The notes under the pieces are model-generated. The model made no database searches. It was given only the letters and a program-made list of their open reading frames with translations, and had not been told where the DNA came from. This document shows positions 29,165 through 41,500 of a stretch of DNA of 64,000 bases, one piece after another (position 1 is the stretch's first letter; each line of letters opens with the position of its first letter). Origin of the DNA: Diadema antillarum (taxonomy: Eukaryota); NCBI RefSeq assembly GCF_040938485.1, contig NW_027272131.1:62001-126000 (forward strand), written 5' to 3'. Made by a program: the position numbers and the translations under genes.

Positions 29165-30128
29165 CCATCAATTTCTCACCATTTATAAGAAGGAAATACA
29201 TTGGAGTTTCCGTTTCGGCGGCCATTTTGGCGGCCATCTTGACTATCTCGAGGTGCATCATCCAGATTCGGATTCAGCACCCTCGAAATAGGGTAAAATC
29301 ATCAACTGTTTTCTATTTCTCACCATTTAAAAGCTAATACATAGAAATTTCCGGTTTTGATTGGCGGCCATTTTGGCGGCCATCTTAAATATCTCAATAC
29401 CCTCAAGGATGCAAGGTTTGCATCATCCAGACTCGGATTCAACACCATAGAAATATGGTAGATCCATCAATTGTTTTCAATTTCTCACCATTCAGAAGGA
29501 AATACATGGGAATTTCCGGTTTTAATTGGCGGCCATTTTGACAGCCATTTTGGCGGCCATCTTGAATATCTCAAAAACTTCGTGTATGCATGAGTTGCAT
29601 CATCCAGATTTGGATTCAGCATCTTCCAAATAGGGAGAATCATCAATTATTTCCGATTTCACAACAATTAGAAGGAAATACGTGGGAATTTTCGGTTTTG
29701 GTGGCCATTTTGGCGGCCATCTTGAATATCTCAAAATCCTCAAGGATGCAAGAGTTGCATCATCCGGATTCGGATTCAGCACCCTCGAAATAGGGTAAAA
29801 CCATCGATTGTTTTCAATATCTCACCTTTTAGAAGGAAATACGTGGGAATTTCCGCTTTTGGCGGCCATTTTGGCGGTCATCTTGAATATCTCAAAATCC
29901 TCAAGGATGCAAGAGTTGCATCATCCAGATTCGGATTCAGCACCCTCGAAATAGGGTAAATCCATCAATTGTTTTTAATATCTCACCATTTAGAAGGAAA
30001 TACGTGGGAATTTCCGGTTTTGGCGGCCATTTTGGCGGCCATCTTGAATATCTAAAAACGCTCAAGGATGCAAGAGTTGCATCATCCAGATTCGGATTCA
30101 GCACCCCCGAAATAGGGTAAAGCCATCA
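29165..30128 (-). repeat. Same ~161-bp tandem unit in inverted orientation (about 6 units), right arm of the transposon
   Basis: Reverse complement of the left-arm unit; CCATC/TCATC anchors at about 30123, 29962, 29801, 29640, 29464, 29299 and a stub at 29165. Confidence 0.95.
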
Positions 30129-31136
30129 AAACACATTGGGTGGACGGTAAAACAAGGTTAGGCCCAAAAAGTGGCTTTGGCACCCAGACTATTTATTTTC
30201 GCACTAGTTTCTGGTTACACAAAATAAGCATAAATTTCAACACTGCAAAAATCTCCACTTTTACAGTAGTGTTTTTCAGTGTTAAGTTTATTGACCTTTT
30301 GACCCTTGACCTTGTCTGACTTCACCAATACTCAAACTTTATTAATGTCTATTTCAGCCCTTACCAGGGCTACCAGGGCTTTATTCTCTGTTCCAACCAT
30401 TCAAAATATTCTGAGAAACCATGAACAAAATGTACTAGGAAGGAAAGCTAGTCAGAGTATGGAGGTTTTAAGTAATTTTGAGATTATGGAAAGCTAAATG
30501 TTTGAAGTGAAGTGGTGTGACAAATATGGTTTCAGGCTCAGTTTACACAGTCATGAAGAAATCTTTTAACGACAATGCTCACACAAGTGAAGACGTAGTG
30601 AATCACATCGCAGACAGGTCTGTTTCCAATATCTCTCTAAAAATTTAATAGGAATAAATTTGAGGCATTAATCATGAACCTTGTAAAACTTCTTATGTAC
30701 ATGAACAGATGAATATGAATCAAAACATCTAATCTGTCTAAAATGTCAATAATTTACAAAACTTGTTCAAAATCCTCTCATCACATGAAAACAATACATC
30801 AAGTGAACCTGCCACACAGGAATAACATTTAGAACACAGGTTTACACACGTCATGTTACTATGTATTCCAGGCCATAAAGAATGAAAATGTCAAAATTAG
30901 GTTGTGTTGGAAACATTAAGAAGTTGAATATGCACTAGAATTGAATAGATTTGCCTAATATTGTATCACTCATACATAAGTTACTTTATGAGATATATTC
31001 TCTTGAATTTCACTTGCACTGACAAATTTCAAATTCCAAGAAATTACAATATTCCAAGGTAAGATTTTCTCACTAGCTACAGCAGCTGTGTAGACTAACG
31101 ATAAACTCATAAGGTTTCCCATTTTAAAGCTGTTAA

Positions 31137-31220
31137 CCCGTTGAGGACGGACTAATTTTGCTATAAAACACATTTCCCATAGACACCTGCCCGAGTATTC
31201 TCGGGACGTCTTCAATGGGG
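31137..31220. mobile_element. Short piggyBac-like remnant
   Basis: TTAA-CCCGTTGAGGACG...CGTCTTCAATGGG; right TTAA not preserved. Confidence 0.4.
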
Positions 31221-31451
31221 TACTCAGTAATGTATTGATCAAAAACAACAAACTTACAAAGTTACAAGAGTAAATCCTCTTAGAGCATGGTACAGAGATG
31301 TTGATAGTCGTGCCAAAAGACAGAGAAAGAGAGAGTGTGAGAGGGATATCTGGAGTGAGAGGAGAGGGAGGTGTATAGAGAGAATAGAGCCTACTAACAT
31401 TCACATTGTGGCAAAGAAATCTCTTGGAAATGCAAACATGAACAAGTCCCC

Positions 31452-31452
<1 letters not shown>

Positions 31453-31485
<33 letters not shown>
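31453..31485. repeat. C33 homopolymer
   Basis: Direct reading; homopolymer length may be an assembly estimate. Confidence 0.9.
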
Positions 31486-32539
31486 ACCCCCACTCCACAC
31501 ACACACCGACTATACCATCATCACCCACACCTACTTCTCCGTAACAAAATTTCAGTATTTGTAAAGACCCTTTTTTTCTTTTCATTCTTTTTTTTTTTTT
31601 TTTGCTTCAAAGTATCTCAAATCACCTTAGTTAGACACAATATGAACATGCTGGAAACATGCAAAACATGGCATATGGCAATAAACCGTTAACCAGTCAA
31701 ACCATTGAATATGACAGAGATATGATGTAAGACATGTGCTAAGAACACAGCTTGACTTAACAGACATCACAACGTACTGCAGTAGAACAGAGAACAAGTA
31801 AGTGCATAAAATATGCTGCAAAGTCTAACAATAATTTGAACCTTATCTTTGTTGATTTTTCCCAAAAATCCGTTTGAATGCCTGATTTTATTAAAGGTTT
31901 TCTCCGTGCAACCTGGCTCTTCTGTTTGTGAAGATTAGGCCAATGATACCATGCACAATTTGCTATGATTTAAAAAAAAAATCATTGTACAATTGATTAT
32001 TTCTGTAAAAAGATTATATATCACAGCTTACAGTCAGAGACATAATCCCAATGAAATAATCTAAAATTAGATTCAACTGCACAGAATTACAATATTAACA
32101 AATTGCTTATCAGATTGATGCACGGACACTTTCATTAGATAATTGCTATGTGCTTCTTTTGGTCCTGTCTGTTTGTACTAAAAATCCGACTACAACTGCC
32201 AATATTGCCTTTAATGAAAAATGTTTCTCATCATATCAGGATTTTCTTCCACATAGGCAGTACTCAGTGGCTCTAAGATAAACCTGGGCTCTTCAGTTCA
32301 TTTCCAACCCCTCATTCTCAGGATTCAGTGTGGAAATTTTTTCATCATGTCTGATGTCATAATTGGTTGCTGGACCTCCCTGAAAATTACTGGCAAGACA
32401 TTCGATAATGGAAGAATCATATATCAGACTTATGATTTTTTTTGATTTTTTTTTTTAACAGCAACTTTAGTAGCAGTGATACTGGGAGCCCACACTCCAG
32501 AGGTGGATGTAGATTGATGAAACGATTCCTTCTGAATGA

Positions 32540-35500
32540 TCAGAAGTTCCTCCCTCTTCCGATGTAGATGTCAGCGAAAGGTTTTTCTTGGTGCACTGTG
32601 ATCAATCCCATTGCTGCATACTCTACAGACAGGAGAGGAAAGATAAAGATATTGTACAGTCATGTATATTTGGTGTATCATGACTTGGAAGAAATTGTAT
32701 ATGTCTGGGTGTGATGACCTTTTCAAACAATTTTGTTGTAAATACAGGCCTTCATAGCATTCACAAGCAATATCATACTCAGTACTAGTATGCAGGGAAA
32801 CTAGAGCTCTCATAAAATTTCAGTCAATATCAATTATTCCCATACATACTCATCATGTCCTCTGTAATATGACTGATGTAATGGAAGAAAAACTTTCCTT
32901 TATCTTTGGCCTGGTTTCCCAAAAACTACTTGGGCCGAAGTCAAGGCTTTCCCTCTTTTATCCCTTTAGATTCGACTTACACAATATCTCAACCAAATAA
33001 TGAGCCTTGATCAATTTGACTTAGAACTGTGCAATCTATACCTCTCCTTCAAGACCTAATCAGGTCTCCAAGCATGGCTGCATGCATGAATGCATTTCAT
33101 TATGCTGAATAAAATGTGTATCAGATTCATGACAAGTACAGCTTCTGCTTTGCTACTTTGTTAACAAAGGTGTATCAATTTTTACCATTCATCTTCCTAT
33201 GAAGCAATGGAGAAAACAAAACTTCAAACAAAGAGTCCACAGATATAGTTACATAATAACAAATTAGTGCAATTTTATTTGTTTCTGTTTTAACACTTCA
33301 AATGTCATGGGGCATTCATCCTATATACATGATACATGATATGTTAATTCTGTGAACTTCTTTGTTGATCTTTTTGATAAATCATCTCTAGACTTACCAA
33401 GGCACACAGCGAAGATCTTTGCAGCCACCGAGCGATATGTCGTTACGGGAACCAGATCCTTGAATGTGATTTGACCGTATTCTGCTGTCAGTTCTCCGAT
33501 CCCCCTGAAAGGCAGCAAATGAGAATCATGACCCATTTTTCAAATGTACAAATCTAATTACTGCTTCTGACTGATGAATTGTACCAACTAAAGAGTGCAC
33601 GCCAGATAAAACGTAGATTTTACTGACATAAAGCTACTGATTCTGACAATGAGTCTTTAAAACACAGATATAGCAATTTATCTATTACATGCTTTCCCAA
33701 AAATTCAGAATTTGTCAGTGGGAATGCAATTACAGTCTCAGTTTATGAACAAATTCTGTGGCTTCTCTCAGGGTACCAGTATTCTTTGCATAGCTTTTAC
33801 TGTGTTGCACTTCAATACATGCACATGACATCTTCATTTATTTTTTTTTTGAAAGTGTTTATGCCATTGATACAAGCAACTCAATTTATATTGCAGTTGC
33901 AGTGAAAAGCAATGACATCAGGCATTCAGAAACGATGTGATAGTTCCACAGATATGAATTAATATCAGCAAGAATTATTGTTGCAGTTACCAGATCAATA
34001 CCAATTTCAATCATTAAGATCACAGCTATTACTGTGCCAAGTTTTCTTGTTATTACAGTTATCAAGTAGTACCATTACTGTTATGTATTCGCCCAGCATG
34101 TACTTCTTATTGGTGGCAATACTTGTGCAGTATAATAAATATTGTCACTCTATGTCCTGTATCAGCACTAGTATACATGTGATTAACGTTATAGCAAAGT
34201 CCTTGTATCCTTGAATTTTCTTTCATTATAAGGAAATTTCATTATAGCTGAAAAAATGAAGTATAGAAAGATATAGATACTGTAAAACCAGAAATGTTCC
34301 TGTGCATTTCAATTTTGCAAATTTTGCGAGAACCAAGACATAAAATGCCTGCGAAAGTTCTTGTCCCCACTATATGCATTGAATGCCAGAAGCAATTTGG
34401 AAAAATTTCATGCCTCGAAATGTCCTGCTTTACAGTAATGATTTTGGGACATTAATTTTCACTTCGTGAATTACAACTAAATTTTGTTAAAACTGTGTTC
34501 ATTAACAAAACGCACTGTTATTCTAACACTGCAATGTCCAACAAACCTTAGCACACTGTCATGTGGGATGATCTCCTCGACTCTTTTCTTCTCTTTCCTC
34601 CTCTTCCTTCCCTCCTCATCCTCCGAGGTGCTGGTCTCCGTCACGGTGGGTGCCCCCAGTCCCTCCAAGGGTTCCACGGCGACTAATTCCTCCTCTGGCA
34701 ACAATGGAAGCTCCCCAAGGTCAAGCAATTCCTCTGGAATGGCCTCTTCCACTTCTTTGATGCTGTCCCCTGTGGGGCGGAGCTGGCCTCTGTTGCAGAG
34801 GGGATCCAACCAGTCACAAAAAAAATATATCAAGTTCAATCTTTGAATGGAACTGCAACATTCACAAATTAATGCAAGAAAGCCTCAAGATTTCTCTAGT
34901 ATCACAAGTACAAGTTAAACTGGAGTGTGCCAGTTTGGAAATTTAAGTGACAAGTCATCTTCTGCATCATAACTTTCAGTTTGAGCTGTACTGTAAAAGT
35001 GGATATTTTCGCATGAGTAGTTTTTCGCGCTCAGCCAGGTAAGATGAGTTTCGTGTGTTTTTAATTCTGCTGAATCAAGACATCGACTACTGAAACATAT
35101 GGCAAGCAAAAATATTTGTGTGCTTCTATTTTTGCGCTAGTTTCTGGTTGCGTCAAATGCGCCAAAATTTCAACACCGCGAAAATTTCCACTTTTACAGT
35201 ATTTAAAGCAAATGCAAATACCGGTATTAAAGGAAATACTGGATTTTGTTTTGATTCCTGCTGTACTTCATCCATGTAGTTTGAGGTGTGCATCCAACTG
35301 TCACTACATATCACTCAAACCCTTTTATTCTCCACTGCTGTTACTAATTTGCACAGGATGATTTACAGCATGATATACAAAATCATAAAATCATACCCTG
35401 ATCATATACTTCCCAAATTTGTATCTCATAACATCTGCCAAAAAGTACATCTCACAAATCTACTGATGTGTTACATCAAACTCCTGTTGGATATGACCTG

Positions 35501-38500
35501 GACTTCAAAGGTACATGTAGAGGTATTTGACACAAATGCCTATCATGCTCCTTATAAATGGTTAGATCAGTTATATGACCTTTCATACTTAACCCTCAAA
35601 TGAAATTTGACGAAATTCTACAAATTCTATCAAAACAAATCAAACAAGAGAGCCAGGACAGCTTCTGCATGAGTTTGGAGGCATGAGATGGACCAATTTA
35701 GGCAAACACATTGCTGTCATTGTTTTGAGTGCTTTTTCCCAAAGACAAGATAACAATGTCAACCACATCATTCATTGGCAAACGTTTTAATACAAGATAA
35801 GAATTGGGTAAGCCTTTCCTCGGGGGGTCTCTAACCTCTGAAGAGATGTGTCGGAGTGAAAACTCTTCTGTCTAGAGCTATCCCTTGATTCCGACAGCCG
35901 GCTGGTGTCTGTATGTGAAGATGAGGAAGAGGCATCAATTTATGATTTGGATCATATCAGTTACTTGAATGTGTTTCATTTGTCCTAGTCAATGCAAAAA
36001 GCCTAACAATCCATATAGCTTTGTGGCTATATAAAGTTGCTTTGAAGGCATACTTCCATTGATTGTTTATGAATTACTGATTAATTATTTGAGACGAATT
36101 ATGAATCGAAGAACTGGAATTTAACTTACGTTTTTGGCAACGTTTCGCTGATTAATCACAATCAGCTTCATCTGGCATAATTCGTCTCAAATCTACATCG
36201 ACTGGATGAATAATAACTTTCATCAACATACTGATTAATTACTTTAATATTTGTTGTCTTAACCAGAAAGACATGTGATGTGGCTATATATTGCACTCTC
36301 CATTTACTTACATAGGATTGATGAGATAGATTACACCAAATGTACACATAGAGGTATAATTATGCTCTATAAAACACCGGAGAGCTGCACGTAATATCCA
36401 TGAGACAAAAGACTTTCTCCTTTGCAGCATGGAAGGTGCGTATGTGTATGTGCAAAGAACTGGTCTCTCTGCCAAAGTTTGAAGCATGGGCTATAAAGTA
36501 GGTGTGTGAAGCAGTGATGCTTACCAAGTGATCCAGCCTGTACTGTAACTCAACTACTGTCTGTTTCAATTACTGTATTCGCCGAATATTTCGTGAGGTT
36601 TTTATTTTCGCTAATTTCACGAGTCAGGTGCTATTCGCGAAATTAAAGACACACGAAAATATTGACTCTGATCCCGATGTGGATGTGACGTACATGTGTA
36701 CATTTCTCTGTTAAGCACAGGACTCCACGATCGCCAATTTAATCACTCGCGAAATCGTCGGGAATTCCCGATTCGCGAAAATTTGGACTCGCAAAATATA
36801 TGGCGTATACAGTAATCCGCAAGTTAAGTTCACATCAAAAGCATATTTGGCTGCATATGCTAACTGCCCCTCACTCTTAGGGGATGTATATTGATAAGGT
36901 TGCAAACATGAAGAACCCTACCAGATATGACAAAGGACTGGGGTGTTTCCTCCAGCTTAGCCCGTGGTTGGCTGGTTTCCAGGGAGATGTCTCTCAGACG
37001 CTCTGGACTAGCCGAGATCTCATGACGCAAGATCTTAGGGAAGAACAAAAAAAATGAAGAGTTTATATAGATTATAGAGAAGTGTATACATTAAATTGAG
37101 CAAGATATAGTTGTATTGTTATATTTCATGACTTGTTTTTCTATGGTAAATGAGTCAATACGTCAAAGAGGAGCTGTGGTCTTGTGGATTGTGCTCTGAG
37201 CTTTCAGTGAGAAGGTCCAAGGTTCAAAGCCCTACTGCCCCACCATTTATTTTCTTGATTAAAACCCTTAATCTGCAATGCTTCTTTCTTCTATGTTTAG
37301 GTGATGAAAGGAAGCTGAATATTCATGATGTTGGATTTATCAGCATGTTGCTACCATAAAGTTGCAGCCTCACTGGCTGTAAATTTGTAAAGAGTATTGA
37401 GCACCATTGTACAGTGGTTAAAGGCTCTGTATAACTAATGACAACTCTTATGATTGTGACAACAAGGCACTCACTTTTCACAGGACATCTGTACAATGTC
37501 TATATACATTGCACTCCCTTTATAACAAAGTCCTTGGGACCAGAGGTTTTCTTTCATTATATCGAGATTTCGTTATAGCCGAACAGTAAAGTATATAAAG
37601 GTATATAGAGGATAATTTTGCAACCTGATTTTTTACTTTGATGTAATGAGAATTTTGTTATAACCGTGTTCGTTAAAACGGTAGTGCATTGTATTTTCCA
37701 GTAAACACACACAACAGAAAGTGTTGAATCACCTCTGGCACTGATTTGACGAGTTCCATCCTTTCGTCATCCTCCTCCTCCTCCTTCTTTTCCTCCTCCA
37801 CACTGGTGGTTTCTGTGGTGGATCCATGCTGGATGACTGGGGATCTCATGTAGGCCGTACTCCAGGCCGGAGCGTCCAAGTCCTCTGTCTCTGGGTCTAC
37901 AATGGCCTGCCGCAGCTGGGCACGAGACTTCCACAACTGATGCAGTGTGGGATTTCGCTTCAGTGCTGAGCGATTTAAAAAAATAAAAAATCCCAAGTGT
38001 CGACCCTACTAGAGAGTACCTTTTTTTTGCTGATGTATATCAACTGTTCTTTAACTGGAGTTGACATTTTATGGACTATGTTTGGATTTTGTAACCATGG
38101 CCACTAAGAAGCCACTAAATAATAGTGAGCAATCTACCACAGGATCAATGGCTTAATTCCCCTTCAATGGACTATGCAATGAGGATAAAGTGCCTCGCTA
38201 GAGGGTGTAACTGCACGCTGCTGATGAGCCAGCTAACTCAAATCTGGGACCGCAAGCATGAGATACAATGGTCCTATAATATCGAGCTGAGCCAGGATGC
38301 CTCAATTTCAACTGATATACAGTCATGGGCAATGGATTACATAGATTCTTGATGATAATACTTTGCTCAATTACAGATTACTCGTGAACATTACCAGCCT
38401 TAACTTCTGAATAAGCAAATGGCCATATTCATAGAAGGGCAATTCTACTGAAACTATTGCATCAGTTGATTATTGGTTGTTAGAAACATTTCAACATAGT

Positions 38501-41500
38501 TTCAACTAAAAACTGTCTGAAGACACAATACGCTGTATAAGCATACAAGCAATTCAAGCGATTCACAGAGACTCCAACTCTCCCGCTTTCGACGGGAGAT
38601 CTCCCGCTGAAAGCCCACTTTTGCAAAATCTCCCGTTCTCCCGTTTAAGATTGAATTTCTCCTGCCCTGGCTCAGTGTCTCCCGTTTGAAATGATTTCTT
38701 ACTTTTTGTCTTCGTATGTTGAAAATAAGCCTTAGATAGCACGAGAGAGCATCAAGAACCCTATATTAGAGCTTCTAGGGCCCAAGCAGGCCCTGGACCC
38801 CGGCCGCAAGGAACTTTGCGCTCGTGATATGCGCTTCGCGCACATCAAGTTGGAGTCTCCCGTTTGCTAGGGGTTTCAGGCGGGAGAATCTCCAGATCAG
38901 AAGGTGCTTAGGGTTGGAGTCTCTGGATTCATGTATCTTTTTTCTTCTAATTTTTCAATGCCAAACCAGGAGTTGTTATAATAGCCAATTAGTCAAACCA
39001 CACTATAGGTCATTAAAAACATTGATGTGAAAGAAGGCATTGCTTACCCTTTCTTGCTGGTTCCTCAAACAGCTCCTTAGCAGATGGATAGGTGATGGTA
39101 GCTACAGACTGCAATATCACGAGATGTTCATTTATAATAAAAAAAGAAAATCATGTCAGCTTTGTATTATTGTTGTACATTTCAAAATTGAGATTGCTGC
39201 TCATACGAGAGGTCATGCTGTTCTTTGCCTCAAGTTATTTTTTTTCCTGAATTTCATTTGATTAGTAGAGTTATAAAAAGTATTTTCTAATAGATATGTG
39301 GTGAGTTATTACGGAATACCACATGGCTAAACGGTACTTATCCTTTACCAAGGCTATCATTTTTCACTTGTCATGCCATCCAGAACTCAACTGCTGTCTA
39401 TATAAAGCTATGAATCAATGCTGAGGACAAAGAGCAGTGAAGCAAGACTTTCTTACATGAATGAAAAATATATATGCCCTGATGACATGAATACTGAGGA
39501 AACATCACCAAGATCATGACCATCAAACGTGAGGAAGATCTAACCTCCGTCCGATTAAGGCTGGCTGCGGTCTCCATGTTGTGGCGGATATCCTTCTTGC
39601 TGAGCTGCGTTGTGGTGTCAGCAAACACAAGGCGACGCTTGCGTCCTCTTCGGTGAGCTGGACTTGGGGTGACGGAATCAATGGGCGAGAGGCGAAGGAT
39701 TGGAAGCATGACCTGGAATCAAACAGGGATAAAAAACTTATTGCTTTCAATTCGTCACCCCTCTTATGATAAGGCTATTGTTCATAGTGTATGCAGATCT
39801 GCAAATCAAGAATAAATATTCATCTTGATGGGAAGTTAATACTCACAGCTCCAGCTGAGGGAGTGACCAGTCCACGATCTTTGTGCTTGTCGGGCGAAGT
39901 GGCTTTTCCCGTCTCCACTTCCTCCATCTGAACATCAGCATCTCCTACCAACTCTGCCCTCTCTGGGGATGGCATGAGCTCCTCTTGAGATGGGATTGGT
40001 GACAGGATGGCCTGCTGTGCAAGGAACCCTCCGGGGGAGCCTTTGGTGGTCGGGGAGAGGAGGATTTCACCCGTTTGTTCATCCAGGGCCCACAGCTGGT
40101 CATCTCTGCAGCACAATGAAGATGGTCAAGTTTGTGGAGCAACACATCAACTAATATTCAGAGTAATCTACCCCCTCTGTCGCCAGTACAAATGAATCCA
40201 AAAAATCCATGTGCTCTGTCCACTGCTAAGATTCCTATAAATACCCAAATGCAAAAATCTATTCCTACAATTTCTACTCAGCCAAATAGTCCATGAAGCT
40301 CAGACTCTCAACTATTTAAAATAATAAATTTCAAGTTTCAAGCAGTAGCCTCTTTATATTCAGTCAACTGTGAGCGATTGGCTTGAAAGCTGCAAGATTC
40401 GAAGGCCCAGTTAAAGGTAATAATCATCATCATTATTGCTGTCATGTATTAGCCATCAGCATCATGAACAATATTTCTCAATTATTATGATTATCATCAT
40501 TAATGGTGATAAACTTTTAGTAGTATTATTATAATTATCATTACTANNNNNNNNNNNNNNNNNNNNNNNNNNNNNNNNNNNNNNNNNNNNNNNNNNNNNN
40601 NNNNNNNNNNNNNNNNNNNNNNNNNNNNNNNNNNNNNNNNNNNNNNNNNNNNNNNNNNNNNNNNNNNNNNNNNNNNNNNNNNNNNNNTCCTTGTTTCCAA
40701 ATGGATTATGGCTCCCTTATAGACATACAGCATAGATTTGTAGCAGTGAGTTTTTGACAGACCTGTTTCTGTCTTGTTTTGAGTCCTCTCTTGACTCTTC
40801 CACCATCTCATCCTCCCTGTCTCTCATCTGCTGCTCCTCCATTTCGGACATGATGTCTGGGATGCCATCCAGTGGGGGAAGATCAACCTCTGGTACCTAT
40901 CACGGGGCATCAGTCAGATCAAGTTTCCAAGTCTAGTATCATATTTAATTTTCCACTTCACAGCTTGAGTCAATCTGAAGGAATATTGCCGATATACTAT
41001 ATAAATCCATATGAATGCACACTCATGCATAGCATAGGGCCTACATTTTTTAAATCTCTCTGTATATATGTATACACATGCAGACATATATACTGGTATC
41101 ATATCTATATAAATTCTTATGTAATACATGAGCATATATACAAATGCTTATTTTCATATGAAGTAGGCCCCTTTTAGATGCTGCTTCATGCTACCTTGAG
41201 ATATGGCCTGATTTCATGTTGAAAATGGCCATAATCTATCTAAGAACAATGTTCTACCCCTAGATCTCCGAAACTACTCTATTTTCATGTTGATTAATTC
41301 ATCGAAATCTTATGTAACATTTTCATATTTGAAAACAGTTACAGGCCTCTCAGTAACAAATTTCACATTTTTACTATAAGCCATAGACTTCAGTGAACTT
41401 TTAGAGTAAAAGGTCTGAAATTGTGACATTTGTGTGCTAGTTGCAAAACTTTTCATTTCCTCAACCTTCTTCAGGTAACAGATGTATTAGAATGTACAAA

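Larger units (their letters stand above)
26112..30191. mobile_element. Non-autonomous Academ-like DNA transposon with long inverted arms built from tandem repeats
   Basis: Termini TAGTCTGGGTGCCA / TGGCACCCAGACTA (perfect 14-bp IR), followed by highly similar subterminal sequence and inverted arrays. TTT flanks both ends. It interrupts a MITE whose intact copy at 34991-35199 matches in length at the junction if TTT is the duplication. No transposase ORF seen. Confidence 0.75.
25977..30266. mobile_element. TA-flanked MITE (CTGTAAAAGTGGA...TCCACTTTTACAG) split in two by the Academ-like insertion
   Basis: Halves 25977-26111 and 30195-30266 join to about 207 bp, colinear with the intact copy at 34991-35199. 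TA on both outer sides. Confidence 0.85.

Noticed and set aside
26340-29793. Several 60-73 aa ORFs (MSRVLNPNPDDAT..., MLNPNPDDAT...)
   Set aside because: They are translations of the tandem repeat unit, each broken by stops, with no splice or homology support.
26165-30128. CRISPR-like regular repeat array
   Set aside because: Whole ~161-bp units repeat with no unique spacers, there are no cas genes, and the context is eukaryotic.
32571-32813. 80-aa minus ORF as the last REC8 exon
   Set aside because: The conserved kleisin C-terminus (QEKPFADIYI) lies in another frame, starting at the 32622 acceptor.
37171-37240. tRNA gene
   Set aside because: Only degenerate A and B boxes are present, with no acceptor or anticodon stems; better explained as a SINE head.
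40547-40687. REC8 exon hidden in the assembly gap
   Set aside because: Not required, since the flanking exons join in phase 2. It cannot be excluded because the gap size is only nominal.
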